64,000 nucleotides of DNA. Origin: an uncultured Verrucomicrobiae bacterium (lineage in GTDB: Bacteria > Verrucomicrobiota > Verrucomicrobiia > Chthoniobacterales > Chthoniobacteraceae). Position numbers and translations under genes: made by a program. Location of the stretch: assembly GCA_963836755.1 (NCBI GenBank), contig CAWIKF010000001.1:128001-192000 (forward strand), in the 5' to 3' direction. Shown here piece by piece: positions 38,104 through 48,309 of the stretch. The notes below the pieces were generated by a model, which saw only the letters and a list, made by a program, of their open reading frames with translations, was not told where the DNA came from and ran no database searches. Numbering within the stretch: position 1 is the stretch's first letter; each line of letters begins with the position of its first letter.

Positions 38104-39963
38104 TCAACGCACGATGCCGTCGCCGAGCCAATCGAAGGATGGCGTCAAAACTTTTTGCGCAAGCCGGTATCCGCGATGGTCCGCGTTGTGCGAAATGTCG
38201 TTAAACAGGGCGTTGATGCGCAACCGCGCGGTGCGGCAGAAAAAATCGACGAGCGACAGCATTTCGTCCGCGTTTTCCTTTTCGCAAAGCAGCGCCTGCG
38301 CCCGCGCGCATGTCGCGGCAATCGCGAAAAATTCCGTGCCGATATCGACGAATCGGCCAAGCAAAACCTGCTCGCGTTCCAGCTTCGGGCCATATTTTGC
38401 CATCGCGTGAAAAAGTGCGCGCGCGAGCCGTTTCGAGCCGCTCGCCACGCCCCGCATGTGCCGCGCGAGACGCGGATGAAAAGCGTCGCCACCGCCGAAA
38501 ACCGGCAGCCACTGGCGCGGATACCAACCGGCGTAAAAGCCCGTCGCGCCAAGCGCAGCCTTGATTCGCGCGGAAATGGGAAGTTGCGAATTCATCATCG
38601 GCGCGCCGATTTTTAAATGCGGATCGAGCGCCTCGCGCGCGATGAAAAGCCGCATGATTTCGCTCGAGCCCTCGAAGATCGTGTTGATGCGTGAATCGCG
38701 AAAAAGTCTTTCGACCGGCACCGGCTCTTCGCCGCGCGCCGCGAGCGACTGCGCGGTTTCGTAGCCGCGTCCGCCGCGAATCTGCATCGTGTCGTTCGTG
38801 ATTTCCCACGAGCGCTCGGTCGCCCACAATTTGCACAGCGCCGCTTCCAGCCGCACGTCCGCTTTTTTGTCGCGATCGACAATGCTCGCCGCAAAAAGCG
38901 ACATCGATTCCATCGCGAAAATGTTCGCGGCCATGCGCGCGATTTTGTCCGCGATCGCTGCGTGCCGGCCGATCGGCGCGCCCCATTGCACGCGCTCTGC
39001 CGCCCATTTGCGCGTGATTTGAAGACAACGTTTCGACAACCCGACGCAAGCCGCCGGCAGCGTGAGACGGCCGGTGTTCAACGTTGTCAGCGCGACGCGC
39101 AGCCCTTTTCCTTCCGCTAGCAAAATGTTTTCACGCGGCACACGAACGTTTGTAAAACGAACGACAGCATTATAGAGCGCCTTCAATCCCATGAAGCGGC
39201 AGCGGTGCGTGACCTCGATGCCCGGCGTGTCCATGTCGAGCAGGAACGCGGTGATCTGGTTGCGCCCGTTGCGCGGCGGCGTTTTCGCCATCACGACGAT
39301 CACGCCAGCCTTCACGCCGTTCGTGCACCAAAGTTTTTCGCCATTCAAAATGAAATGGTCGCCGTCCGGCTCCGCATGCGTTTCCATCTTCGCCGGATCG
39401 CTGCCGACTTTCGGCTCGGTCAGCGCGAATGCGGAAATTTCTCCGCCGGCCACGCGCGGCAAAAAACGCCGCTTTTGCTCCTCGGTGCCAAACATGATCA
39501 GCGGCTGCGGAACGCCGATCGATTGATGCGCGGAGATCAGCGCGGTGAGATTTCCGCAGTAGCTGCCGAGCAGCATTCCGGCGCGGCAGTAATTGGTTTG
39601 CGATAGCCCGAGGCCGCCAAATTCGGGCGAAATTTTGATTCCAAACGCGCCCATTTCTGCAAGCGCCTCGATGACGTCGTCCGGAATTTCACCCGTCCGA
39701 TCAATCTCGTCGGGATCGACGCGCGTCTTTAAAAAATGCTCGAGCCGTTGCAAAAACGCATCGCCTTGATCGCGATCCTCCGCGCTTTGCATCGGGAATG
39801 GATGAATCTGCCGCACGTCGCAACGGCCCATGAAAAGTCCGCCCGCAAAGCCGCGTTCCGCATGCGCCGCCTCGCGCGCGGACTCGGTCAATTCCAGCGC
39901 TGCGCGCTGTTCCGGCGACATCTTTGATGTGTCGATGACCGATGTGGCGTCGTCAGCTTTCAT
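38104..39963 (-). CDS. Acyl-CoA dehydrogenase (long, ACAD9/VLCAD-like)
   Basis: FALTEP..GSD, NGEKLWCTN, QIRGGRGY, IFEGSSEI. Confidence 0.94.
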   Translation of the reverse strand: MKADDATSVIDTSKMSPEQRAALELTESAREAAHAERGFAGGLFMGRCDVRQIHPFPMQSAEDRDQGDAFLQRLEHFLKTRVDPDEIDRTGEIPDDVIEALAEMGAFGIKISPEFGGLGLSQTNYCRAGMLLGSYCGNLTALISAHQSIGVPQPLIMFGTEEQKRRFLPRVAGGEISAFALTEPKVGSDPAKMETHAEPDGDHFILNGEKLWCTNGVKAGVIVVMAKTPPRNGRNQITAFLLDMDTPGIEVTHRCRFMGLKALYNAVVRFTNVRVPRENILLAEGKGLRVALTTLNTGRLTLPAACVGLSKRCLQITRKWAAERVQWGAPIGRHAAIADKIARMAANIFAMESMSLFAASIVDRDKKADVRLEAALCKLWATERSWEITNDTMQIRGGRGYETAQSLAARGEEPVPVERLFRDSRINTIFEGSSEIMRLFIAREALDPHLKIGAPMMNSQLPISARIKAALGATGFYAGWYPRQWLPVFGGGDAFHPRLARHMRGVASGSKRLARALFHAMAKYGPKLEREQVLLGRFVDIGTEFFAIAATCARAQALLCEKENADEMLSLVDFFCRTARLRINALFNDISHNADHRGYRLAQKVLTPSFDWLGDGIVR

Positions 39964-42055
39964 GAAACTTTTTTCCAGTCGCAGCCATTTGTTTCAGCAA
40001 CTCGCAAGGCGAGAACTGTGGTCCGCCGACAGCCGCGAGCCGCTCGAGCTCGGCGTGAATTTGCGCGACGCCATTCGCGTCTGCGAACCGCAGCGGCCCG
40101 CCGCGAAACGGTGCGAAACCTGCGCCCATGATCATTCCAAAATCGACATCGGCCGCTTCATTCACGACCTGCTCCTCGAGGCAGCGCGCAGCCTCGTTCA
40201 CCATTAATAAAACCATGCGCCGTTGCAGCTCCTGCCGGCCGACTTCGTTAGCCGAATCGCCCTGCCGGAATTGTTTCGCTTCTTCATTGGGCCGGGCTTC
40301 CGCGCCTTTTTTATGAATGTAAAAACCGCGGCCGTTTTTCCTGCCGAGCATGCCCGCCTCCATCATTCGGACGAGCACTTGGGGCACGCGCAGGCGCTCG
40401 GGAAATTTTGCCGCCAGCGTGTTCGCGACATCGGTCGCGATATCGACACCGACCTCGTCGATCAACCGCAACGGCCCCATTGGCATTCCAAAGTCCAGCA
40501 TGGCTTCGTCAATATCCGCCACGCTCGCGCCCATTTCAAAAAAGCGGCCCGCCTCGATGAGATAGGGCAGCAGGATGCGGTTGACTAAAAAGCCGGGACT
40601 GTCGCGCACGACGACCGGCAATTTTCCAATCTGCTGCACGAAACGCAATGCCCGCTGAGCCGCTTCGGTGCTTGTTTCGCGGCCAATCACGACTTCGACC
40701 AGCTGCATGCGATGGACTGGATTAAAAAAGTGAATGCCGACGACGCGCGACGGGTTTTTTGTCGCGGCGGCGAGCTCGGAAATCGAAAGCGCAGACGTGT
40801 TTGTCGCGAGAACCGTGGAAGGATCAACGACTCCATCGAGCTGCGCAAAAATTTGTTTTTTCAAATCCATTTTTTCAACCGCGGCCTCGATCACCAAGTC
40901 AACGTTTCGCAGAGGAACTTCAACAGCCGATGGTGAAATCCGATCCATCCCATCGCGCGCTTCGAGCCGGCTCATCGCGCGCTTTTTCACGCCCGCATCG
41001 TAAAGCCGCGAGATGCGCGCCATTCCTGCTGCAACCCGCTCCGCGTCTATGTCGCGCAGGATCACGCGCAGGCCGCGCGCGCTGAGCCATTGCGCGATTC
41101 CGGCGCCCATCACGCCGGCGCCAATCACCGTCGCGCGGCGCGCCTTTGGCATTTCCAAATTCGGTGCCAGCGCGATTTTTTTCGCGCGTTCCTGCAGCAT
41201 GAAAATGCGGAGCAAATTTTTGCACTCATCCGTTCCAGCCAGCTCCAGCACAGCTTTGCGCTCATGCTCAAAGGATTCATTTTCATTCCATGACGAAGCA
41301 GCGGCAGTCACGACTTCGAGCGCTTTCAAGAGCGCCGGATAATGGCCGCGCGTCTTGCGCATCAGTCGCGAGCGGACCCACGGCGAGATGATCTGGCCGA
41401 GCGCCGCATTCAAAAGTGGAAGCTGCAGTGCGCCATTTCGACGCCGCCTCATGCCTTTGGCAATCACCTGCGAAGCCACGCGCAGCAAGGATTCGCGGGG
41501 AGCGAGGTCGTCAATCATGCCGAGCCGCAGCGCCTGTTTTGACGACGGAGTTTTGCCGCCAAGAATGACATCGAGCGCGCGCCCGACGCCGATCAAACGC
41601 GGCAGCCGCGTCGAGCCACCCCACGCCGGCAGAATGCCGAGCTTGGTTTCTGGCAGCCCAATTTTCGTGACGCGATCCGGCGATGCGATGCGGTAATCGC
41701 ACGCGAGGCAAATTTCATATCCGCCGCCGACGCACGCGCCGTGAATTGCGGCGACAGTCGGAATTTTTAGCGCAGAAACTTTTTTAAAAACATTTTGGCC
41801 AAGCTCGATGAATTGCCGGAGATCGGCTTCACCAAAGGTTTGCAGCGAATGCAGGTCCGCTCCGGCAATGAAGATCGCCGGCTTCGAGCTGATGAAAATG
41901 ACGCCGGAGATTTTTGCGTCGGATGCGATCGCGCCGAGATGTTCGGCGAGCTCAGCGAGAGTCGCGCGGTCGAAAATATTTGCGGCGGAATTTTCGCGAT
42001 CAAACGTTAGCACGCAAATGTTGTCGTCGTTGATTTCGCGCCGGATGTTTTCCAT
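39953..42055 (-). CDS. Fatty-acid oxidation multifunctional enzyme, alpha subunit (enoyl-CoA hydratase/3-hydroxyacyl-CoA dehydrogenase, FadJ-like)
   Basis: FIAGAD, GGGYE, LPETKLG; GAGVMG, HFFNP, PGFLVNR. Confidence 0.94.
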   Translation of the reverse strand: MENIRREINDDNICVLTFDRENSAANIFDRATLAELAEHLGAIASDAKISGVIFISSKPAIFIAGADLHSLQTFGEADLRQFIELGQNVFKKVSALKIPTVAAIHGACVGGGYEICLACDYRIASPDRVTKIGLPETKLGILPAWGGSTRLPRLIGVGRALDVILGGKTPSSKQALRLGMIDDLAPRESLLRVASQVIAKGMRRRRNGALQLPLLNAALGQIISPWVRSRLMRKTRGHYPALLKALEVVTAAASSWNENESFEHERKAVLELAGTDECKNLLRIFMLQERAKKIALAPNLEMPKARRATVIGAGVMGAGIAQWLSARGLRVILRDIDAERVAAGMARISRLYDAGVKKRAMSRLEARDGMDRISPSAVEVPLRNVDLVIEAAVEKMDLKKQIFAQLDGVVDPSTVLATNTSALSISELAAATKNPSRVVGIHFFNPVHRMQLVEVVIGRETSTEAAQRALRFVQQIGKLPVVVRDSPGFLVNRILLPYLIEAGRFFEMGASVADIDEAMLDFGMPMGPLRLIDEVGVDIATDVANTLAAKFPERLRVPQVLVRMMEAGMLGRKNGRGFYIHKKGAEARPNEEAKQFRQGDSANEVGRQELQRRMVLLMVNEAARCLEEQVVNEAADVDFGMIMGAGFAPFRGGPLRFADANGVAQIHAELERLAAVGGPQFSPCELLKQMAATGKKFHES

Positions 42056-42056
42056 A

Positions 42057-43286
42057 TCAATCGCGCTCCAGCCAAAGTGCCGCGCCCTGGCCGCCGCCGA
42101 CGCATGCGGAAACGAGCGCTCTCTTTTCTCCACGCCGCGCCAGTTCTTTTAACGCTGTTAAAACGAGTCGCGCACCCGTCGCTCCGACAGGATGACCAAG
42201 CGCAATTGCGCCGCCATTGACGTTGAGACGATCGCGCGGGACATCGATTGTTTTCAAATCCGCGAGCACTTGCGCGGCAAAGGCTTCATTGATTTCGACA
42301 ATATCGGCGGCGCTCGCTTTCAATCCGTTGGCTGCCTCGAGTTTCTGAATTGCGAAGATCGGTCCGAGCCCCATTCGCGCCGGATCACAACCGACGTAAG
42401 CGTAGGCCGAAAGCCGGCCAAGCGGCTTGAATCCCAGCTCCGCGGCCTTTTGCTCGCCCATCACGAGCAATGCCACGGCACCGTCAGTGATCTGCGAAGA
42501 GTTGCCAGCAGTGACGGTGCCGTGCCGATCAAAGACTGGTCGCAATTTGCCGAGTATCTCGAGCGACTGCTCGCGGCGCGGGCCGTTGTCGGCAGTGACG
42601 GCGCGGTCTTGTCCTGGAAGAAAAACAGGGCAGATTTCCGCCGCGAGTTTTTCCCGCGCCTCCACTGCGCGCGCGTGGGATTTGAGCGCGAATGCATCCT
42701 GCTCCGCACGCGTGACGTGAGCCTCGCGCGCGAGCACCTCGGCCGTTTCGCCCATGTTTAATCCGGAAACTGGATCAGTGAGCCCGAGCCGCAGACCGAC
42801 GCGCGGCGCAAAATCGGAGAAATGAAATGCGCTCCACGCGCGAAGCTTCGCGAAAAAGTTTTTCGCCTTTGCGAGTGCGGCAAATTTTCTCGCCGTCGAT
42901 TGTTTAAAGAATAGCGGGATCTGCGACATGCTTTCCGTGCCGCCGACGATGAATATGGAACCGCGTCCCGCAGCGAGGCGCTCGGCGGCGAGCGTGATTG
43001 CCTCAAAGCCGGAGGCGCAATTGCGATGCACCGTCACCGCCGGAACGGACTCGGGAATGCCCGCCCGCAAAGCGATGACGCGGGCGACATTGGCGGCTTC
43101 ATGAGGTTGCGCAACGCAGCCGAAAATCACTTCGTCCACAATGTTCGGATCGATGCCGGTGCGCAGCAGCATCGCGTTGACTGCGATGCGACCGAGCTCA
43201 TCTGCGGCAAGTCCGGCAAGGTCGGTGCCGGCTTTGCAAAAAGGCGTGCGGACCCCGTCGATGATCACGAGGCGCTGGTCATTCAT
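42057..43286 (-). CDS. Acetyl-CoA C-acyltransferase (thiolase)
   Basis: NCASG, NEAFA, GHPVGATG, CVGGGQG. Confidence 0.95.
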   Translation of the reverse strand: MNDQRLVIIDGVRTPFCKAGTDLAGLAADELGRIAVNAMLLRTGIDPNIVDEVIFGCVAQPHEAANVARVIALRAGIPESVPAVTVHRNCASGFEAITLAAERLAAGRGSIFIVGGTESMSQIPLFFKQSTARKFAALAKAKNFFAKLRAWSAFHFSDFAPRVGLRLGLTDPVSGLNMGETAEVLAREAHVTRAEQDAFALKSHARAVEAREKLAAEICPVFLPGQDRAVTADNGPRREQSLEILGKLRPVFDRHGTVTAGNSSQITDGAVALLVMGEQKAAELGFKPLGRLSAYAYVGCDPARMGLGPIFAIQKLEAANGLKASAADIVEINEAFAAQVLADLKTIDVPRDRLNVNGGAIALGHPVGATGARLVLTALKELARRGEKRALVSACVGGGQGAALWLERD

Positions 43287-44752
43287 GCGCCGCTCCCGTT
43301 TCGTGATCGACGCCATTTGGCCGATGATCGACGACGCGCTGCTCCTTCAACGCAATGCCGACGCCTTGCAGGCGGCGCAGTTCCGCTTCGTTGTGAAATA
43401 AAATCCGGTTCGGATGAATCTCCGTCTCAGCCGCAAAGCGTTCGTTTAACTCCATGCGAAGTTGCTCGTCTGGCACGTCATCGCGTTTTTGCACGTGCAG
43501 GATCAATTCGTCCACATCCAGCGGCATCGTCATTCGCCTTGCGGATCTCGAGCTGCCAGGTTCCGACGTGGCCGGCGTTGTCCAGCACGTGCTCGAGATG
43601 ATTAAAATCGACGAGCGTGCCCTTGAGTTTATCGAGCCGCATTTCCTTGACCTCGGAGCTGCGCGAAATATTCCCGATGAGCCGTGGAAGCTGGCGGCGG
43701 CAATGCGGACAGCGCTCATGCGTGAGGCCGCCCTCGATGAAATCGCCGGTGCGATAACGAAGCACCACGCTGCCACGCGCATCGAGCGGAGTCCAAACCA
43801 GCTCGCCCGGCTCGTGGTCGCCGCGCGGCTCTCCGCTCGCCGGGTCAATTATTTCAAAAATGCCAAGATCGGGGTTCAAATGATATCCGCTCTGTTGCTC
43901 TCCCGCCGGGCATTGCGCCCACGCCATTTTCGCCTCGGTGAATCCATAGGTGGGCAGCACATCGACGGTTTCTGCGCCGAGTTGCCGCGCGAGATGACGC
44001 AATTTTCGTCGCATTCCCGAGGGCACTTTTTCGCCGCCAAGCACGATTTTTTTAAGCTGAGGGCAGCGCACTCCGTCCAGCAGTGCCGCCCGCAAAACAT
44101 GATAGGTAAAGGTCGGCATGCCGATGAGCACATTCGGTTTTACTTTTTTGATGAGGCGCAGATTGCCGTCGGTGCCGAGTGTTTTGCCGCCGCCCGAGCT
44201 GACGACGAAGACGCCGAATTCCGTGCCGGCGTAATGCGTGACCCAAAACGCGAGGTGCGGCGCGAAGGGGAACATATTGATCATGCGCATGTCGCGCCGC
44301 GCGCCGCAAATTTGCATGACACGCGAGCCAGTGAGCCCGAGATGATCGATGTCGCGCTGCGTGTAAATGAACGGGATCGGATCGGCCGAGCGGCCCGTGG
44401 TGCTCGTCATCATGAGCGGGCGAAACTCGCGCTCAAATTTTTCCGTGACGTATTCGCGGCCGTGCAGAAGCGCATCGGCGACGGAGGAAAAACGGCGTGA
44501 AAGAATTTTGCTGTCAGGCGTGAGGACGATTTTTTTCGGATCATCGAGCAGATCGCTTTTCACCGTGAACGGAATGCGGCGAAGATCATCCAGGCTGCGA
44601 ATCGCCGACGCGCTGATTTTATTTTGCCGAAAAAGTTCGCGATAAAACGGCGAAAACGGGAGCACGGTGCGCTCGAGATAATTGAGCAGCTTCGCGGCTT
44701 GGGCCTTGTGGAGCGCGGATTTAGAAAGCGACTGCCAGAGGGGCGTGTTCAT
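43279..44752 (-). CDS. Phenylacetate-CoA ligase (PaaK)-like adenylating enzyme; apparent +1 frameshift at ~43525
   Basis: LRRIPFTVKSDL, STTGRS, YGFTE, LRYRTGD; C-terminal LDVDELILHV...RVVDHRP lies in the next frame. Confidence 0.85.
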
Positions 44753-46718
44753 TTTTTCCAGCCAGCGCCTTGATTTGCGGCAGTTGATCTTCAGCGACCT
44801 TGCGGCCGAGGGCGATATATTTTCCGGGGTTTGTAAAATCGTGCCAGCGCGCGTCGCAAGTCCACGGACGCAACACCACGTCCGCCTCGCGGCCGGCATT
44901 TTCCGCGACGCGTGTCTGCACGCCGTGGATGCTGCGCAACATCGTGTCCAGGACGTTCCCGCGAGCGAAGTAGTTGAGGTGCCTGTTTAAAAACGTGCTG
45001 AGACTAAAGCGATGCGCATGCTGACGGCCGGCTTCTTTTTCCGCGTCGAGACAATGCCGCAGGCGCTCCGGTGTCGGAATCGTGTTGACGGCAATGACGC
45101 GCTCGATGCCCATCTCGCTCAGCACATCCACCGGCAGCGGATCGGCGATGCCGCCGTCGATGAATACTTTGCCGTCGATCGTCACTGGCACGCAAATTCC
45201 AGGGATGGCAATGCTCGCCTCGACTGCTTGCGCGACTTCACCGGTCGAAAACACCACGCGCTCCAGCGTGTCGAGATGAGTGGCTACGACGCGCAGCGGC
45301 CGGACCATTTCAGAAAAATGAGAACGCCCGATGGAGCGATGAAGCCGCCCCAGGGCGCGGCGCGTTCGCAAAAACCCCTGGCGCGGCGGAATGACTGGAT
45401 CGACCACATATAGTAGTCCCCATCGCTTCTCGACCTCGCGCGCAATTTTCTCGCAGACCTGGCCATCGTGTCCATAAGCCCAGACTGCGCCGACATACGC
45501 GCCCATACTGGAACCGGCGACCGCATCGATCTCGATGCCATTTTCTTCCAGCACCTGAATGACACCTATGTGAGCCAGTCCTTTCGCGCCTCCGGAAGAA
45601 AGGGCGAGACCTACACGCGACCTGCTTATTTCGCGCGCAAGACTGTTGACGTGCAAGGGATAATTTCCAACGCGATCCATGAGTCCGGTGGAGCCGACGA
45701 TCGGATAGCCTCTCAAGAAAGAATGCACAGGCTGGCCGAGGTGCCGGAGATCGGAGCTCAAGTCAGTGGCTGGTCCGCTTTGTTCAGCGCAAACGATCGG
45801 TCTGATGTGATGGCACTGGCCATTGGACTGTGCCTCAATTTGTTTGATCAGCAGACGGAAGTTGTAAAGGTTCCCGGCATCGGGTTGAAGAAAGACATAG
45901 GCCAGGTCGGATTGAATTAAACATTCGAGAGACGACGCGACTCCTATTTCATCGCTCACTTGCAGGATGACATAAGGAAAATGTGAACCGAAATGGCTGA
46001 GCAAAGGCGCGATGTAAGTCGCTTCACGAGGATCGCCACTGACAAAGAAGTTCAATTCATGAAAGCCATCACGTTCGCGCAAATCCCTGTAAAAACAAAA
46101 TTCTCCATTTATTTCGGAACCTATCCTAGCCCAGTCTCTCAGCGATAGCTTCTGCGGACTTGGCAGCAGATGAACCAACAGCACGCTGCCAGCGCCAATC
46201 TTATGCAGACTTTTGGCGAGCCGCTCGGCCACTGCCCATTCGTGAACTCGAGGAGACAACGAGAGCAAGGAGACAATTCGTTTTTCTCGTCTTGAACTTT
46301 CGCGCTCCTGCTTGAGCTTTCTTGTAACTGTTTCGGAAAATCGCCCGGCAAGACTCGGCTTTTCCTTAAAGAGCTCAAGTAACTCCTTGCCGGGGATGCG
46401 AAATAAAACACTATGAGTCACCACCGTGACTCTCGAGCGATAAGGTTCCTGATTCAGCAACTCGCGTTCACCCAGAGTATCTCCAGGACCAAAAACTTCC
46501 TGCGCCATTTCGCCATCTGCCACGCGATGAGACTCGCAGCGTCCACTGATGATCAAGTAGATTGCGTCGCAAGGATCGCCTTCACAAAAGACGATACTCC
46601 CTTTTGGATATTCCTTTAACGCAGAGCCAGAGATTAACCCCCGCAGGGTGATGGTGGGCAGCAACGAAAGCAGAGGATGCGACCGCAAAAAGTGAGGATT
46701 GATTCTCATATCCACCAT
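44721..46718 (-). CDS. cNMP-binding domain plus patatin-like phospholipase (NTE-like)
   Basis: N-terminal EGDPCDAIYLIISG..GDTLGE; C-terminal SSGGAKG, GSSMG, DGG. Confidence 0.9.
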   Translation of the reverse strand: MVDMRINPHFLRSHPLLSLLPTITLRGLISGSALKEYPKGSIVFCEGDPCDAIYLIISGRCESHRVADGEMAQEVFGPGDTLGERELLNQEPYRSRVTVVTHSVLFRIPGKELLELFKEKPSLAGRFSETVTRKLKQERESSRREKRIVSLLSLSPRVHEWAVAERLAKSLHKIGAGSVLLVHLLPSPQKLSLRDWARIGSEINGEFCFYRDLRERDGFHELNFFVSGDPREATYIAPLLSHFGSHFPYVILQVSDEIGVASSLECLIQSDLAYVFLQPDAGNLYNFRLLIKQIEAQSNGQCHHIRPIVCAEQSGPATDLSSDLRHLGQPVHSFLRGYPIVGSTGLMDRVGNYPLHVNSLAREISRSRVGLALSSGGAKGLAHIGVIQVLEENGIEIDAVAGSSMGAYVGAVWAYGHDGQVCEKIAREVEKRWGLLYVVDPVIPPRQGFLRTRRALGRLHRSIGRSHFSEMVRPLRVVATHLDTLERVVFSTGEVAQAVEASIAIPGICVPVTIDGKVFIDGGIADPLPVDVLSEMGIERVIAVNTIPTPERLRHCLDAEKEAGRQHAHRFSLSTFLNRHLNYFARGNVLDTMLRSIHGVQTRVAENAGREADVVLRPWTCDARWHDFTNPGKYIALGRKVAEDQLPQIKALAGKNEHAPLAVAF

Positions 46719-46823
46719 CTCACCCGCAGCGGATGGCTGTCATTTACGTGGATCGGCAGTCTATTGCTGCTGGCTTAGACTATCTTATAGCACAAGCCAT
46801 ACTAACTCCAGCGAAGCTGCTTG

Positions 46824-48044
46824 TCAAAACGTATGGATGAAAAGTCCCGAGCGCAGCTTCGGCTCAAACCATGTGCTTTTGGGAGGCATGATTTGGTCCG
46901 CATCGGCGATATTCATCAGCTGCTCGACCGTGGTTGGATACATTGAAAAAGCAACCGCGGCGCGCCCATCGCGGACACGTGATTCCAATTCATCTGTGCC
47001 CCGAATACCTCCGATGAAGTCAATGCGTTTGCTGGTGCGTGGATCATCAATGCCTAGCACTGGCGAAAGCAGCTTCTCCTGCAGGACTGTCACATCCAAA
47101 CGCGAGATAGGATCCGCTGCGGCGTCTGGTTTCCAGGTTAGCAAAAGCCATTCACCATTTAAAAACATACAAATCTCTCCTGACTTTTTCGGAGTAGCGG
47201 CTCTTGCGGGGACTACTTGGAAGATCCCTTTTACCTTATCAAGGAACTCCGCGCTGCTATGCCCGTGCAAATCATGCACAGCACGGTTGTAGGGCAGTAT
47301 CTGGAGCTGGCTTGCAGGAAATAAGACAGCTAGGAACCAGTTGTAGTCTTCCGTCCCATTGTGGTTGGGATTTTTCGCACGGCGTTCGCGGCCTACGCGC
47401 GCGGCGCTGGCGGTGCGATGATGGCCATCCGCGACATATGCCACGGCGACTTCAGTGAAGGTATCGACAAAGTTCGGATACTTTGCAATTCGCCAGACCG
47501 TGTGCTGGATCTCATCCGGTGCAGTAAAATTGTAGAGCGGGGCTTCCTTCTTTTCGGCGACTATCATTTCATTCAGAGCAAGATTGTCGCGATAAGTCAA
47601 AAACACCGGACCTGTATCTGCACTGAGAGTATCAATCAGACGCGTGCGGTCGTCTTCCTTGTCCTTGCGAGTTTTTTCATGCTTCTTGATGACATTGGCT
47701 TCGTAGTCTTCGACATGACATAAGGCGACGAGACCTGTCTGGGAATGCGCTCCCATTCTTTGTTCGTAAAGGTATAAGCAAGGGCTGGTCTCCCGAATCA
47801 ATGCGCCGCTGAATTGCATGGCGTCAAAGTTCTCCCGCGCCTTGGCGTAAACTTCAGGAGAGTAGGGATCAGTCGACGGAGGCATGTCTATCTCAGCGCG
47901 ATCAACATGGAGCAAGCTGTAAGGATTGTCTTTTGCCAAAGCTGCTGCTTCTTCGCGATCAACTACATCGTAAGGGACGCAAGCTACTTGCGAAACCAGC
48001 TTCTCGGCGGGACGGAGACCTTTGAAGGCGCGAATGCGTAACAT
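46824..48044 (-). CDS. DUF1015 family protein
   Basis: PYDVV, IKKHEKT, YVADGHHR, MPPKSTWFEPKLRSGL. Confidence 0.92.
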   Translation of the reverse strand: MLRIRAFKGLRPAEKLVSQVACVPYDVVDREEAAALAKDNPYSLLHVDRAEIDMPPSTDPYSPEVYAKARENFDAMQFSGALIRETSPCLYLYEQRMGAHSQTGLVALCHVEDYEANVIKKHEKTRKDKEDDRTRLIDTLSADTGPVFLTYRDNLALNEMIVAEKKEAPLYNFTAPDEIQHTVWRIAKYPNFVDTFTEVAVAYVADGHHRTASAARVGRERRAKNPNHNGTEDYNWFLAVLFPASQLQILPYNRAVHDLHGHSSAEFLDKVKGIFQVVPARAATPKKSGEICMFLNGEWLLLTWKPDAAADPISRLDVTVLQEKLLSPVLGIDDPRTSKRIDFIGGIRGTDELESRVRDGRAAVAFSMYPTTVEQLMNIADADQIMPPKSTWFEPKLRSGLFIHTF

Positions 48045-48111
48045 TTGATGAGTCTAAGTGTTCTCGGACCACGGCCAAGCAAATCCGAGCTCCAGCGAAT
48101 TCCTTCAGTCG

Positions 48112-48309
48112 TTAGCCGCCGGCGACGATGCGGATAATTTCCACGCGGTCTCCGTGCCGCAATTCTGCGTTCCATTCCTCGCGGTGCAGCGCAAGGCCAT
48201 TCTGCTCTACGAGAAGCGCGGCGGCGGGCAGACCGAGTTCGGTGACAAGTGCGGAAATAGTTTGCGCCGTGGCAATTTCGCGCGCGTCACCGTTGAGGAA
48301 AATCCTCAC
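48112..48309 (-). CDS. thiS: Sulfur carrier protein
   Basis: 65 aa; GDRVEIIRIVAGG C-terminal GG; GTG start overlaps the thiH stop. Confidence 0.92.
   Translation of the reverse strand: MRIFLNGDAREIATAQTISALVTELGLPAAALLVEQNGLALHREEWNAELRHGDRVEIIRIVAGG

Noticed and set aside
44721..46718. CBASS CapV-like patatin effector
   Set aside because: No CD-NTase nearby; the architecture is NTE-like and embedded in a catabolic operon.
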